From the NCBI RefSeq assembly GCF_006345805.1, contig NW_021833940.1, forward strand, positions 1-60,171: DNA of 60,171 nt. The letters are read 5' to 3'. This document shows positions 1 through 13,687 of this stretch, piece by piece. Source of the stretch: Octopus sinensis. Its lineage: Eukaryota. A program made the position numbers and the translations under genes. The notes beneath the pieces were generated by a model, which saw only the letters and a list, made by a program, of their open reading frames with translations, had not been told where the DNA came from and did no database searches. The stretch's first letter is position 1. The number at the start of each line of letters is the position of its first letter.

Positions 1-493
1 GGCTGTGACTTTTTCATCTTTATTTGAACACAATGTTCCCAAGACTGTTATTCATGTATCCTTCACACTGATTTGTGGCAAGTTTAGCTTTGATTGCATC
101 AAGTTGAACGACGAATCAGAAGACCCCTTATTGCTCGTTGGTGACAGGAGGTGGTGGTGGTGGTGGTAATGGTGATGGGGGACCGATAATTTTGCTTGTT
201 GTTGGTATTGTTGTGGGTGGCGCTGGTGGTCATGACAACTAAGTGACACTGGTGGTGTTGATGTGGCAGTGGTATATCGGTGGCTGTAATGGTAATGGTT
301 GCGTGGGTGGTGGTGGTGGTGGATGTGGTGGTTGTATTTGATGGTGTTCGTGGCGTGGTTGGGAACAAGAAGAAAATCCGAATGAAATAGATGTGAAGGA
401 AAGCGGGAGAGAGAGAGGGGGGGGGAGAAGAAGAGAGAGAGAGAGAACTAGGGAGAGGGTGAGAGCAGAGTAGCGTCCGAAAATGAAAGGAAT

Positions 494-542
<49 letters not shown>

Positions 543-595
543 GACACATATACATACATACACACACATATATATTCACACAATAGAGTGAGTGT

Positions 596-633
<38 letters not shown>

Positions 634-1027
634 GAGGGAGAGAGAGACAGAGTGGAGAATGAAGAAAAGAGACACGGATGTTTGGAAATGAGAGGAAAAA
701 TTAAAGGATTTTGAGAAACAGAAAGTTACACAAGCACACACACACATATACAGACACACTTACACTCACATAGCTACGCGTACACACACATGTTTATATA
801 TATAAACTATCTGTATGTATATATACGTAATGGATATGAGCTTACGCATATACATACATATTTTTATATGCACTTGTGTCAGTATTTGTCTATATGTATG
901 TGTATATATATACCTATAGACGCACACATATATATAATATATACATATATATGTGTGTATATACATATAAATTATAATATATGTATATCTATATGTATGC
1001 ATGCATGTATGTATGTATGTATGTATG

Positions 1028-1067
<40 letters not shown>

Positions 1068-1082
1068 TATATTTATATATAC

Positions 1083-1136
<54 letters not shown>

Positions 1137-1704
1137 TATATATAGCGAAAGAGAGAAGAGATAGAAAGAGAGAGAGAGAGAGAGTGAACCGAGGAAAAGG
1201 GAAGAGTAACGTGTGATAGATAGATTGATAGATAGATAGATAGATAGATAGATACAGTAAGCGAGAGAGTGAGAAAGAGAGAGAGAGAGAGGTGGGTAGA
1301 GAAAGAGAAAAATAGAGAGAAAGAGATTATGAAACTAGAAAGTGATGCAGGGGGTGGGTTTGTCAAAGTTATTAAAAATCAAATAAAAACGAAATCAAAA
1401 ATAAATAAACAGGCAAAAAAAAATAATAATACAAAAGAAATCTTTTGTAAAAGAATGTCAAATGATTAGTAAATGGAATTGGATAAGACAGAAAGAAAAT
1501 TAAGCAAACATTCGAACACGTAATAAACAAATAAATAATTAAAAATAAACATAAACAAAACGAAACAAACAATAATGTGATAGCAATAGAAAAAAAATTA
1601 AAAATACAATGCAAAGCAACAACAACAAAACAACAAATATAGGGGAGGGGGGATGTTTTTAGGGGAAGTAATAGATTTTATGTAAGGAGAATAAGACAAT
1701 ATGA

Positions 1705-1844
1705 TAGATAGATATAGATAGATGGATAGATAGATAGATAGATAGATAGAAGGATAGATAGATAGAAGGATAGATAGATAGAAGGATAGATAGATAGGTA
1801 GATAGGTAGATAGATAGATAGATAGATAGATAAGGTAGATATAT

Positions 1845-1887
<43 letters not shown>

Positions 1888-2922
1888 GATAGATAGATAG
1901 ATATATTAGATAGATAGATAGATATGTTTCTTTATTAGCCACACAGGGCTGCACACAGATAGAACAAATTACAAGGTAGAGCTTTTCTTTTGAAGGTTTA
2001 AAAAAAAAAAAAAAAATAATAATAATAATAAAATAAAAAATAAAATAAAATAAAAAAGGGGGGGTCGATCAAAAGGGATCGTAAAAGGAGAGAAAGAGGA
2101 CAAAAAGGGGGGGGGGTTAAAAAAAAGGGGGAGGAAAAAATTGATCAATAGGGATCGTTATCACAGAAATGTCAATATGAAGTGTAAAGGGGAGGACAGG
2201 TGAGGTTTACCCGTGGAAAGAAAAGCCTACGGAAAAGACCACGGTAACCTCGGTCAATGAAGTCACATGTTATATTTCTTTTTTTTTTTTTGCAAATAAG
2301 CAACTCTCTGTATTAATTTTTACGGTTCATAGAATCATAGTCAAGGTGGCTTCGTCATTCATACGTGCCATCCTTGCTACATTCACCCATCTTTTTTTAA
2401 AACATTCACTAGACAAAACTTGCCTCTCTACTCTCACTTTTTTCTTCAAGTGATACTTGAAGAAGTTGATGAGAGATTGACCAGAGAGGAAAGTGTTTGT
2501 CTCTAATCCTTTCAGACGTGTCCACCAGATACATTCTTTCGCCATAGCCACAAGTATGATAAAAATAGCTCTTCCTTCCCGTTTGAAGGAAGGAGGCGTG
2601 ACGATATTAACGATAGACTCGGCGGATAACCGACACGTCCCACACGTGACAGCAGTCGTTCGACATAAGCCCACAGGTGGGAAATTGCTAGACACTGCAC
2701 GATTGCGTGCAGAGCGGTTTCGTCGCTCTGACCGCATCTCTCGGGCAGGTCGGCCCCGTGTTTCTCGAGCCATGCCTATAGAGCTTATCCCGAACGGGTA
2801 GCGCTTCTCGGTAGCACCGCCAGGCCAGGTCTCTGGAAGTTGTCCATAGGTCCCGGCCGAAAGTCGTTTGAAAAAGGCGGGTCAGGTATTCCTCGTAGAT
2901 AGATAGGTAGATAGATAGATAT

Positions 2923-2968
<46 letters not shown>

Positions 2969-3010
2969 CAGATAGGTAGAATAGATAGATAGATATAGAT
3001 AGATAGATAG

Positions 3011-3056
<46 letters not shown>

Positions 3057-3058
3057 AG

Positions 3059-3091
<33 letters not shown>

Positions 3092-3102
3092 GGTAGATAT
3101 AT

Positions 3103-3194
<92 letters not shown>

Positions 3195-3225
3195 GGTAGA
3201 TATATTAGATAGATAGATAGATAGG

Positions 3226-3268
<43 letters not shown>

Positions 3269-3269
3269 G

Positions 3270-3308
<39 letters not shown>

Positions 3309-3309
3309 G

Positions 3310-3353
<44 letters not shown>

Positions 3354-3355
3354 AG

Positions 3356-3396
<41 letters not shown>

Positions 3397-3407
3397 GGTA
3401 GATATAT

Positions 3408-3461
<54 letters not shown>
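1705..3461. repeat. (GATA)n microsatellite tracts (about 1705-1923 and 2896-3461) flanking a LINE fragment
   Basis: Direct reading of long imperfect GATA runs. Confidence 0.95.
1924..2895 (-). mobile_element. 5'-truncated L1/Tx1-clade non-LTR retrotransposon (ORF2 C-terminus plus 3' UTR) inserted in (TATC)n
   Basis: Frameshifted minus-strand translation gives LPVRDKLYRHG...CPRCGQSDETVLHAL.QC...MAKECIWWTRLKG...FFKYHLKKKVRVE, resembling the zf-RVT CCHC region of L1/Tx1 ORF2. It ends in AATAAAGAAAC running into (TATC)n. Confidence 0.85.
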
Positions 3462-3953
3462 TTTAGGGAATATCTGTATATTCGTTTGTGTGCGCGCCCG
3501 CTGATGTAGCGTGTGTGTGTATGTTGTATGCGTGCGTGCGTGTGTGTGTGTGTTTGGAGAGAGAGAGAGAGAGAGGGGGGGCGGGGAGAGGAGGTAATGG
3601 CTGCTGTACAAATGCGTATTTCTCTTTTAACATTGATATCATTTGATCATTATCTTTACCACCACTGCCATCGCCTTAACTCAAGTTCTCAAGTTCATTC
3701 CATCTCTTTCTAATCCGCACTCACCCTCTCACACTATCATACTCCTTCCCTCTCTCTCTCTTCACGCACACTTTCGCGTCCTTCCTTTACATAGATAATA
3801 TCATTCACACATGCACTTTCTCTCTCCCACCCACCCACCCTCCTCTCTCTTCTCTCTCTCTCTCTATATATTATATATATATATATTATATTACCTGCCT
3901 ACCTGTGTATCTGTCTACTTATCTATGGCATCTATCTATTTCATACTTATCTA

Positions 3954-3990
<37 letters not shown>

Positions 3991-3991
<1 letters not shown>

Positions 3992-4851
3992 CCGTTCGGG
4001 ATAAGCTCTACAGACACGGCTCGAGAAACACGGGGCCGACCTGCCCGAGATGCGGTCAGAGCGACGAAACCGTTCTGCACGCACTCGTTCAGTGTCCAAC
4101 AATTTCCGACCTGTGGGCTTATGTCGAACACTGCTGTCACGTGTGGACGAGTCGGTTTATCAGCTGAGTCTATCGTCAATATTGTCACGCCTCTTCCTTC
4201 AAACGGGAAGGAAGAGCTATTTTCATCATCCTTGTGGCTATGGCGAAAGAATGTATCTGGTGGACGCGTCTGAAAGGATTGGAGACAAACTTCCTCTCTG
4301 GTCAATCTCTCATCAACTTCTTCAAGTACCACTTGAAAAGGAAAGTGAGAGTAGAGAGGCAAGTTTTGTCTAGCGAATGTTTTAAAAAAAGATGGTTGAA
4401 TGTAGCAAGAATGGCACGTATGAATGACGAGCCACCTTGAGCATAGTCCTATGAGCCCAGAAATCGAAAACAGAGAGTTGCTTATTTGCAAAAAAAAAAA
4501 AAAAAAAAAAGAAATATAAAATGTGACTTCATTGACCGAGTTACCGTGGTCTTTTCCGTAGGCTTTTCTTTCCACGGGTAAACCTCACCTGTCCTCCCCT
4601 TTACACTTCATATTGCATTTCTGTGATAACGATCCCTATTGATCAATTTTTTTTCCTCTCCCCCTTTTTTTTTTTTTTTTTTAACCCCCCCCTTTTTTTT
4701 GTCCTCTTTCTCTCCTTTACGATCCCTTTTGATCGAAACTCCCCTTTCCTTTTTTTTTTTTTTTTTTTTTTTTTTAAACCTTCAAAAGAAAAGCTCTCCT
4801 TGTAATTTGTTCTATCTGTGTGCAGCCCTGTGTGGCTAATAAAGAAACATA
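3991..4851 (+). mobile_element. Second, closely similar L1/Tx1-clade 3' fragment, inverted relative to 1924-2895
   Basis: ORFs 3811-4167 (CPRCGQSDETVLHALVQC) and 4234-4440 (MAKECIWWTRLKGLETN) match the first copy. It has the same 3' UTR and AATAAA, with (TATC)n on both sides. Confidence 0.85.
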
Positions 4852-5128
4852 TCTATCTATCTATCTATCTATCGATCTATCGATCTGTCTGTCTGTCTGT
4901 CTGTCATTGTATTCATCAGTGTATCTATCTATCAATGTGTGCAAGAGTAAATGTATATATATTTACAAATGACAATACATCACCCCTACACACACATACA
5001 CACACCACTCATCAAGTAGTATCATCATCATCATCATCATCATAAGAAGAAGAAGAGGAATTTTAAGTGTACTGTGCAGGTATGAATACCTAAATGATAT
5101 GACAATGATGATAATAATAATAATAATA

Positions 5129-5185
<57 letters not shown>

Positions 5186-5500
5186 CAACAGCAATAATTA
5201 TATTGGGTTGACTGTGATACCATATACATACATGCATGCATACACACACACGCACACACACGCACACACACATACACATACACACACATACACACACACA
5301 CACACAACACATATATATTTATGTATATTGTCTTGAAAACCTAGTTATTCAACCAGAGAATCAACAATTCAAACTAACTCAAAGCTATTTACTTGCAGAA
5401 TATATAGGATTTGTTCATAATTTTCTCGCGAAAATTGATGAGGGATTTTAATCACCGAAATAAACTGTTTTGTGAAATAAAAGTAAAGAATTGATTACAC

Positions 5501-5582
<82 letters not shown>

Positions 5583-5691
5583 CTCTCTCTCTCTCTCTCT
5601 CTCTCACACTCTCTCTCTGCATTGTTCCATCATAATGAGAATTCATCATATAACCAAAATGTTTTCTGCTTAAAGTACCGTCTGTATTGCT

Positions 5692-5958
5692 CATCATCAT
5701 CATCATCATCATCATCATAGGGGTGAGTTACAAAAAAAACTTTTGAAATATATAAATGATGATGATGATGATGATGATGATGACGACGATGACGACGACG
5801 GCGACAACGACGTCGACGACGATGATGATGATGACGACGACGACGATGATGATTTCGATGACGACGATGATGATTTCGATGACGACGAGGATGACAACGA
5901 AGACGATGATAATCATCATCCTCGTCGTCGTCGTCGTCATCATCATCGTCATCATCAC

Positions 5959-5998
<40 letters not shown>

Positions 5999-6034
5999 GT
6001 CGTCGTCATCATCATCATCATCATCATCATCATC

Positions 6035-6084
<50 letters not shown>

Positions 6085-6085
6085 T
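5692..6085. repeat. Compound trinucleotide tract, (GAT/GAC)n followed by (CAT/CGT)n, with a 35-bp unique segment shared with 50931-50965
   Basis: GTGAGTTACAAAAAAAACTTTTGAAATATATAAAT (about 5724-5758) is the near reverse complement of ATTTATATGTTTCAAAAGTTTTTTTTGTAACTCAC near 50931. Confidence 0.8.
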
Positions 6086-6597
6086 AGTATCAACAACAGT
6101 AGCATCAGCATTAACATAATTATCCACACAATTTCCATCTACAAGATTTATCGACTGAGCATTGGTCTGCGCGTCAATGAATCGAGTGTGCTCCATCGTA
6201 TAAAAGGGGTGAAAGTTGTTTCCGAAAGCGAGATATAACACCGATTGACATATTAAGTTCAAAATCAACCGGACCATATTAAGAATGAATATGTACATCA
6301 TCGGTTTGATTCTGGCCGTTTTTATGTGCACATAATAGTTTATTGCCGAACGGGCAGTCACCGGCACGCATCAGCAAATAATTTCTTTGCTTATTTGTAT
6401 AAATAAGAACGAGCACTATTGTTTAGATTTGTTGATCTGAAGGTAAGTTTGACTGAATAAACGCAATCTTGTCGAAACACCGGTGTCTCGTAGTATCCCT
6501 ACGTCAATGGCTGTCGATAGACATCATATGAAAGGAGGTGTTCTTCAAAGATGTCTAATAATGATAATAAGGATTTCTTTAAAACAACAACGCTTGA

Positions 6598-6770
6598 AAT
6601 TTTGTGGGAGGGCCTTGTCGATTACATCGACCAAAGTGTTCAATTAGTACAACCCCGAAAGGAAGAAAGTCAAAGCTGACATCGACGGAACTTGAACTCA
6701 GAACGTTAAGATGGACGAAATGTCGCTAAGCATTTTGCACGGCGTACTAGCGATTCTGCCAGCTCACCGC
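6598..6770 (-). mobile_element. Diverged tRNA-derived SINE (family B: GGCGGCGAGCTGGCAGAA head)
   Basis: Similar to the full copy at 42136-42361 (GTTCTGAGTTCAAATTCCGCCGAGGTCGAC core). Confidence 0.75.
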
Positions 6771-8649
6771 CCTAAGAAGAAGAAGATCACCACCAATAAC
6801 AAGAATGCTTTCTTTATTTCTTTAATGCTTATCTTTTCTTTATTAGCCATAAGGGCTCGAAGAGACAAAAAATACGAAACTTCAACTCAGGATTATAAAG
6901 AAAAAAAAAGAGAAAAAGGTGAGTGGGAAAGACAAGTCTAAATATATGGAAGGAAAGTGGTGAAAGACATTCTACAATATACGGAAGGACGTATTAAGAT
7001 TTTAAAAGTACGCACATATATATTTGCACGGGAACAATAAAAATAACGAAGTACAATAGTTAAAACAATATAGTTATAAGGAAAGAAAACATAAATGGCT
7101 ATGTTGATTTAAAGTACCCCACTGCCATTTTCGTTTAACAATTTCTAAATCATTTACGAGTGCAACCAAATCCACCGGTAAGCGTTTTTTGAGACATTTT
7201 GTGCTGAAAAATTCCATCGTCTTTGAGGTTCTTTCTTTTAATTGCTGCGTAATGCCTTAATTTTAAGTTGCTAATAATCTCTCATTCTCCTGATGTTTAT
7301 ATTTTGAATCTAAATTTTTTCCTTTTAACTTCTTTGGAAAGTTCATGCATAATATTTTCTATTGATTGTTTACTTGATTTTTGAAAAACGATGAGCCTTA
7401 GCTCTTCTTCATCCTCTTTTTTTTTTGTTATTTTCCTGAGGAAGGGTATTATTATTATTCCTCCTCACCCATTTTCATTGTTTTATGTTGAGTTGTGATT
7501 TTTTCTTTATGTTTTTTTTCTATTTCCCTATCGTGTTTTCACCGATGGTTGTCAAGTTTTTATCTACAAATATTATTTCTTCTTCTTTACTACTTTCTTT
7601 ACTACTTCTTTACTACTGGTTGGCGGCACTATTAGGTGTTCATTTATTTTTAATACTGGGCATAAAAATACTTCACTTGCCATTTCTAGAGTTTTAGGTA
7701 ACGGTTGTAAGGAAACGGAGGTTCTTTTTATCCTATTTGCTGTTTAGCTGATCTTCATTGTTCAAGATTTTTTTTTTACTTAACTTTTGCAATTTCTTTT
7801 AAGCATCGGCTCTGGAGTAATTTTCACGACAAATATAGTAACTAAGTTCTCTGCATCATATCCTGAATCTCATGCCCTTTGTCTCGGCGTATTCTCCTGA
7901 GCACAGTTCCGTTATGGCTCTCTTGCCATCGAGGATCATGAAGTCGATCATTGCAAGTCGATTTTGATCCCCACTAACCTCAGATCAGTTCTCACTAATC
8001 ATGCTTTCGAAACTCTCCTATACTGCGATAAAATAGTGACTACAAGCCACGGATCTAAGTCGTTTCCCATGTCCTTTATCATCACTCTTGTATTTCTCTG
8101 ACTCATGTGCTGGGGTACAAAATGTATAGTCGGAGGTATGTCAAAAAATTTCAGCTTGTGCCTCGGCTAAGTCTTTGCTATAACTTTTGTCTTTTTCAGT
8201 TGAGAGGATTTCTCCTAATATGTCCTAAAGTACTTCTTGCACTACTTGATGTGTGGGAAGATTTTGTCTAAATTTATCCCTCCGTAAAAAGGAGGACATA
8301 ATTTTTCCCGTTGTCCTCTCTTGGATTAGCACCTGCAGCAAAGTAATGCTCGATTTTACAAAATTCTCTCAATTACTGCACATTTTTCTAGTAACTTTGG
8401 TAGGTATAAGAATATTCTCATTTACAAAAGCATACTCAGAGTATACCTATTCAATTCCACCTTTCCTACCAATTCGTTGAATACACGAGAAGACAGCATT
8501 TCTTTCTCTACCTTCACTCTACTTTGCAAGTATTAATTAAAGAAGATGATGAGAGCTTGATAGGATAGAAAAATGCTTGTCTTCAAACCTCTCGAATGTG
8601 TCTATCTCACAACCTTTTCTTTACATCCCCCAGGCAGAAGAATAGCCAT

Positions 8650-9540
8650 CCTTCACATTCAATGAAAACTGGAGGATCGATTCACATTATAGACTTGGTT
8701 GATAGCATGGATTTTAGTACACTCCACAGCAGTTGTTCGACACAAACTCACAAGTCAGTAATGCGCGTACACTGAAAAATAGTGTGCTGGATGATTTCGT
8801 CTTCCTATGCACACCTCGAACAAGTTCGGCAGCTGGCACTTCTGAAAGTCCTCCAAGACCAACATCCAAAGTTGTCCTCAGACTATTGTCGCTCATCCTC
8901 CTACTATCCTTTTACAGAATGCGGCACTTGTTTTCTTACCGACGACATTGTCCATCTGCCAGATGGTTGTGATTGCTACATTAGATTTCAAAACTACCAG
9001 CCTCGGTTTTCGCTTGACTCATGGTTGCAGTTGCTCAAAGAGCTGAGGAAAATCTGTCACATGAAGGGCAACCACTCTAGTTTGCGGCAGACGTCACCGT
9101 TGGTTAGCAAGGACATGCCTCTCTAGTTGTCGATTTGCTAGTCCACAGATCTGCTTTGATTGATTATGTATTCCTGTAATTTCCTGATACTCCTCAAGTA
9201 TGATATCGACTGCTTTTATATTCAAAGTGTTCGACATTATGACAGTGACATCTATTATATTCAGACATTGTTCTCCGTTCACCCAGTTTGAGAAGGATGC
9301 CCTCCAACTCTATTCTCCGTAGCAGTGGCTCCAGAACCAAAATATAGAGGAGTGAGGAATGGAGATATTCTTGTTGGACCGAGCGGTGAGCATATATTTC
9401 AAGCTCGAACAAATGCCGCTGTACATTGTGGTGATCCAACCTCTGAAGATGGGATCGAAACCGACCGCACTGAGGATGGTCTCTAAGTAACGATTGTCCA
9501 CTCGGTCGAACAATTTGGATTATGTCCCCAACAAAATCTA
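8650..9540 (-). mobile_element. Degraded L1/Tx1-like reverse transcriptase fragment
   Basis: Minus-strand peptides FDRVDNRYLETILSAVGFDPIFRGWITTMYSG and RSVQQEYLHSSLLYILVLEPLLRR match non-LTR RT motifs (AFDRV; QG.PLSPLLY.L.LEPL). Multiple frameshifts are present. Confidence 0.75.
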
Positions 9541-10129
9541 TATCTATTCTTGACTCACTCTATAATGTGAAGGTCATTGTGGATAGATTTGTCTGGAATT
9601 GCACAAGATTGCATGTTTCCAACTGTACAGCCTATGACAAAAGCCAGCCTCTTGGCAAACATCTTTACCAAAATATAATGATAATCCTTTCTCCTATGGT
9701 CACAAAGTATGACATTTTGGGGGAGGGGGCAAGTCGATTACATCGACCACAGTGCACAACTGGTACTTATTTTTATAGACACCGAAAGAATGAAAAGCAA
9801 CTTTAACCTTGACCGCATTTGAACTCAGAACATAAGGAGTTCTGCACTGGATGTTCTAAATGCAATTCGACACTGAACGGCAACAGATCATCAAGAGAAC
9901 ACATTTTTGCACTATGTTTGCACAAATTAAAGGCATTCCTTCTGTGAATACATAGTGCAATATACAGTGTCCTCCTGTACAACTGTTGTGGTTCAGAATC
10001 CAGTTGCATTTGGAACAGCCACTACAGAGGATGTAAATAACGACAATGGTAAAACGTACGGCGGGAAGAAAAAGATATAAACTACATCTCGGGTTTATTA
10101 TACTTTTTCCTATATTCTTTTCTACTTTA

Positions 10130-11170
10130 GGCACAAGGCCCGAAATTTTGGGGGAGGGGGCTAGTCGATAAGATCGATCTCAGTACGCAACTGGTACTTA
10201 ATTTATCGACCTCGAAAAGATGATAAGCAAAGTCGACCTCGGCAGAATTTGAACTCAGAACATAAAGACAGACGAAATACCGCTAAGCATTTCACCTGGC
10301 ATACTAATGTTTCTTATTTCTTTATTGCCCACAAAGGGCTAGACATAGCGGAGACAAACAAGGACAAACAAAGGAATTAAGTCAATTACATCTGATCCCA
10401 GTACACAACTGGTACTTAATTTATCGACCCCGAAAGGATGAAAGGCAAAGTCGACCTCGGCGGAATTTGAACTCAGAACATAAAGACAGACGAAATACCG
10501 CAAAGCATTTCACCTGGCATACTAATGTTTCTTATTTCTTTATTGCCCACAAGGGGCTAGACATAGCGGAGACAAACAAGGACAGACAAAGGACAGACAC
10601 CCCGAAAGGATGAAAGGCAAAGTCGACCTCGGCGGAATTTGAACTCAGAACGTAACGCCAGACGAAATACCGGTAAGCATTTCGCCCGGTGTGCTAACGT
10701 TTCTACCAGTTCGCTGCCTTATATTTTTTCCTACATTAACAATACAACCGTTAATAATGCTAACTACAGTAGTAATCACCCCAGACTGGATGATGATAGT
10801 CTACATGGAGCTCTGTACTCTCTTGTGGACGCTGTATATCTAACTGTACAAACAAGACATACATGTGTGTGTGTGTGTGTGTGTGCGCGTGTGTGTGTGC
10901 ATAATACATAATATATGTATGTATTAATGTTTGTTTTTGTTTTCAGTTATAAAGGTTTCAAATTATGGCACAAAGCCAGCAATTTCTGGGAGGAGTAAGT
11001 CGATTACATCGATCCCAGTACTCAACTGGTACTTATTTCATCGACCCCCGAAAGGATGAAAAGCAGAATCGACCTCGGCGGAAGTTGAACTCAGAACATA
11101 GAGATAGAAAAAATGCCGCTAAGCATTCTGCCCGACGTGCTAACGATTCAGCTAGCTCGCTGCCTTATGT
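10130..11170 (-). mobile_element. Cluster of family B SINE copies (about three concatenated at 10130-10720, one at about 10960-11170)
   Basis: Repeated AAAGTCGACCTCGGCGGAATTTGAACTCAGAAC core and GTTTCTTATTTCTTTATTGCCCACAAGGGGCTA tails. Confidence 0.85.
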
Positions 11171-11240
11171 TCAGTTATAATAGAAACAATTTTACATTAA
11201 TCTGGAAGGTTACTCTATACAGTTGTAAATTACAAATTTA

Positions 11241-11369
11241 TTATTGTTATGCAAGAATGTTCCTGACAGTGACTTTGAAGAAGTTTCGGCCGACTAAGTC
11301 ATCGTCGACGTTTGCTTAGCTGACCGAAGGTTCGAAATTCCTTTGAAGAACATTCTTGTATAAGAATAA
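11241..11369. mobile_element. Small foldback/MITE-like element with about 22-bp terminal inverted repeats
   Basis: TTATTGTTATGCAAGAATGTTC (11241-11262) against GAACATTCTTGTATAAGAATAA (11348-11369), with 2 mismatches. There is an inner imperfect hairpin. Confidence 0.55.
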
Positions 11370-11516
11370 TATATATTACGGAGATGTACTTGCATAGCAA
11401 GTGACCTGATCTGAGATCGTGTGCTGGAACGAAAACAATTGCAGCGTGGAAGGTGTTTCTAAGTCATTTAAGAAACACACAAAAACCGTTAGATTCACTT
11501 CAACATTTAAATTTAA

Positions 11517-11567
11517 TTTGTCGAAATATTTTCGTCGCTTTGAGACCGCGACCTGTTCACTGACAAA
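11517..11567 (-). ncRNA. Minimal type I hammerhead-like motif with G3-C8 core variant, inside a ~210-bp TA-flanked element (about 11375-11585)
   Basis: Minus strand: UUUGUCA GUGAACA G GUCGC-GGUCUCAAA-GCGAC GAA AAUAUU U CGACAAA. Stem I has 6 bp plus an A.C mismatch at its base, stem II has 5 bp, and stem III is the palindrome AAUAUU. Confidence 0.6.
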
Positions 11568-11593
11568 ATTCCGTGCTGCATCTGAAATATATA

Positions 11594-11633
<40 letters not shown>

Positions 11634-11782
11634 ATATCAATATATAGCAGGTATTAGGGTCCAGCCTCAGCTGTGAACTAGGAACCTAATGGATGACCAA
11701 TTGTAGCACTTACTCAGCGTACCTATTCGTTTAGATCACCAATGAACTAACCCCGCCCCCTCTCTCTCTCTCCCTCCCTCTG

Positions 11783-12339
<557 letters not shown>

Positions 12340-13434
12340 TCAACCACGTGCTTTCACAAACCAACTTTCTCATCTATATATATATATATATATATAATGA
12401 GTATATTTACTACACTTTAGCGATTATAATTGTATGCAATGAGTATTTTTCTCCTTTTCTTGTACTCTGTTTAGCTCTACTTTATCCTAAGCTCATTTTC
12501 TGACCCTAACCACTATAACAGCGGTGATCGCCACCTAATAAATTCCACCCACAGGCAGTACCTTACTACCCACCCCTCTTTACAATCTATCTTAAACAAT
12601 ATCCACACCGCTCCTTTTCAGCAAAAACATTCTACGCCTCTTCTAATTATAGTAATCCCACGTAAAAGACGAGCACGGCGATAGCAATAATTCCTATCCC
12701 CTCCCACTCCCTTTCCATATTTCATCCCCCATTTGTGTATCAGTGAGCAGAATATCAATCACTTCTTCATTAACGTTATCTAAAATCTTTGATCTTTTGC
12801 ATAAAAATAAAAGTAAAAGAGAATTAACAAGATTTAAGAAGTAGGTAGTTATTCCTTATTTTGTGAGTATGCAAGTGCGTGTGTCTATGCGTGTGTGTAT
12901 GTGTGTTTGTGTATATGTGTGTATGTATGTGTGTATATAGGCGTGTATGTGTGTATGTGTGTGTGTGTGTTTGTGTGTAGGCGCATATATTTGAATGTAC
13001 AAACGCACATGTACATATGAGTTGCATATTGTAAGAACCCATCCGTGTGTGTGTCTCTGTGTGTCTATACACACACACACATGCATATATATATATATAT
13101 ACATGTATATATATGTGCATAAATATATAGTGTATGCATATATATGTGCATGTATATATATGCATATAAATATCTTTGCATGTTTATATGAATATGCATA
13201 AAATATTTTTGTATGTATACATATACGTATATGTTTGTGTATGCATGAGTGTGCATGTATAAGAATGTCTATGAGTGCATTTAATACGGTGTGTACTTAA
13301 GCACACATACACACACACACCGAAATAGGGATGTTCATATCTATGTAGTTATGTTTTTAAATATATATTAATGAATAGTTGTATATTCATATATTGCATA
13401 CAGGCATACATGCATGTGTGCATATACTTGTACG

Positions 13435-13687
<253 letters not shown>

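Noticed and set aside
52-1366. ORFs in the first 1.4 kb, and those at 12.8-13.8, 51-56 and 58.6-59.1 kb
   Set aside because: These are microsatellite translations (YI, CV, HT, LS repeats).
6190-6240. TATAAAAG as a core promoter
   Set aside because: A single motif in an AT-rich genome with no downstream gene evidence.
5630-6367. 245-aa poly-Asp/His ORF and the similar ORF at 50526-51026
   Set aside because: These are translations of trinucleotide repeats that are open in several frames.
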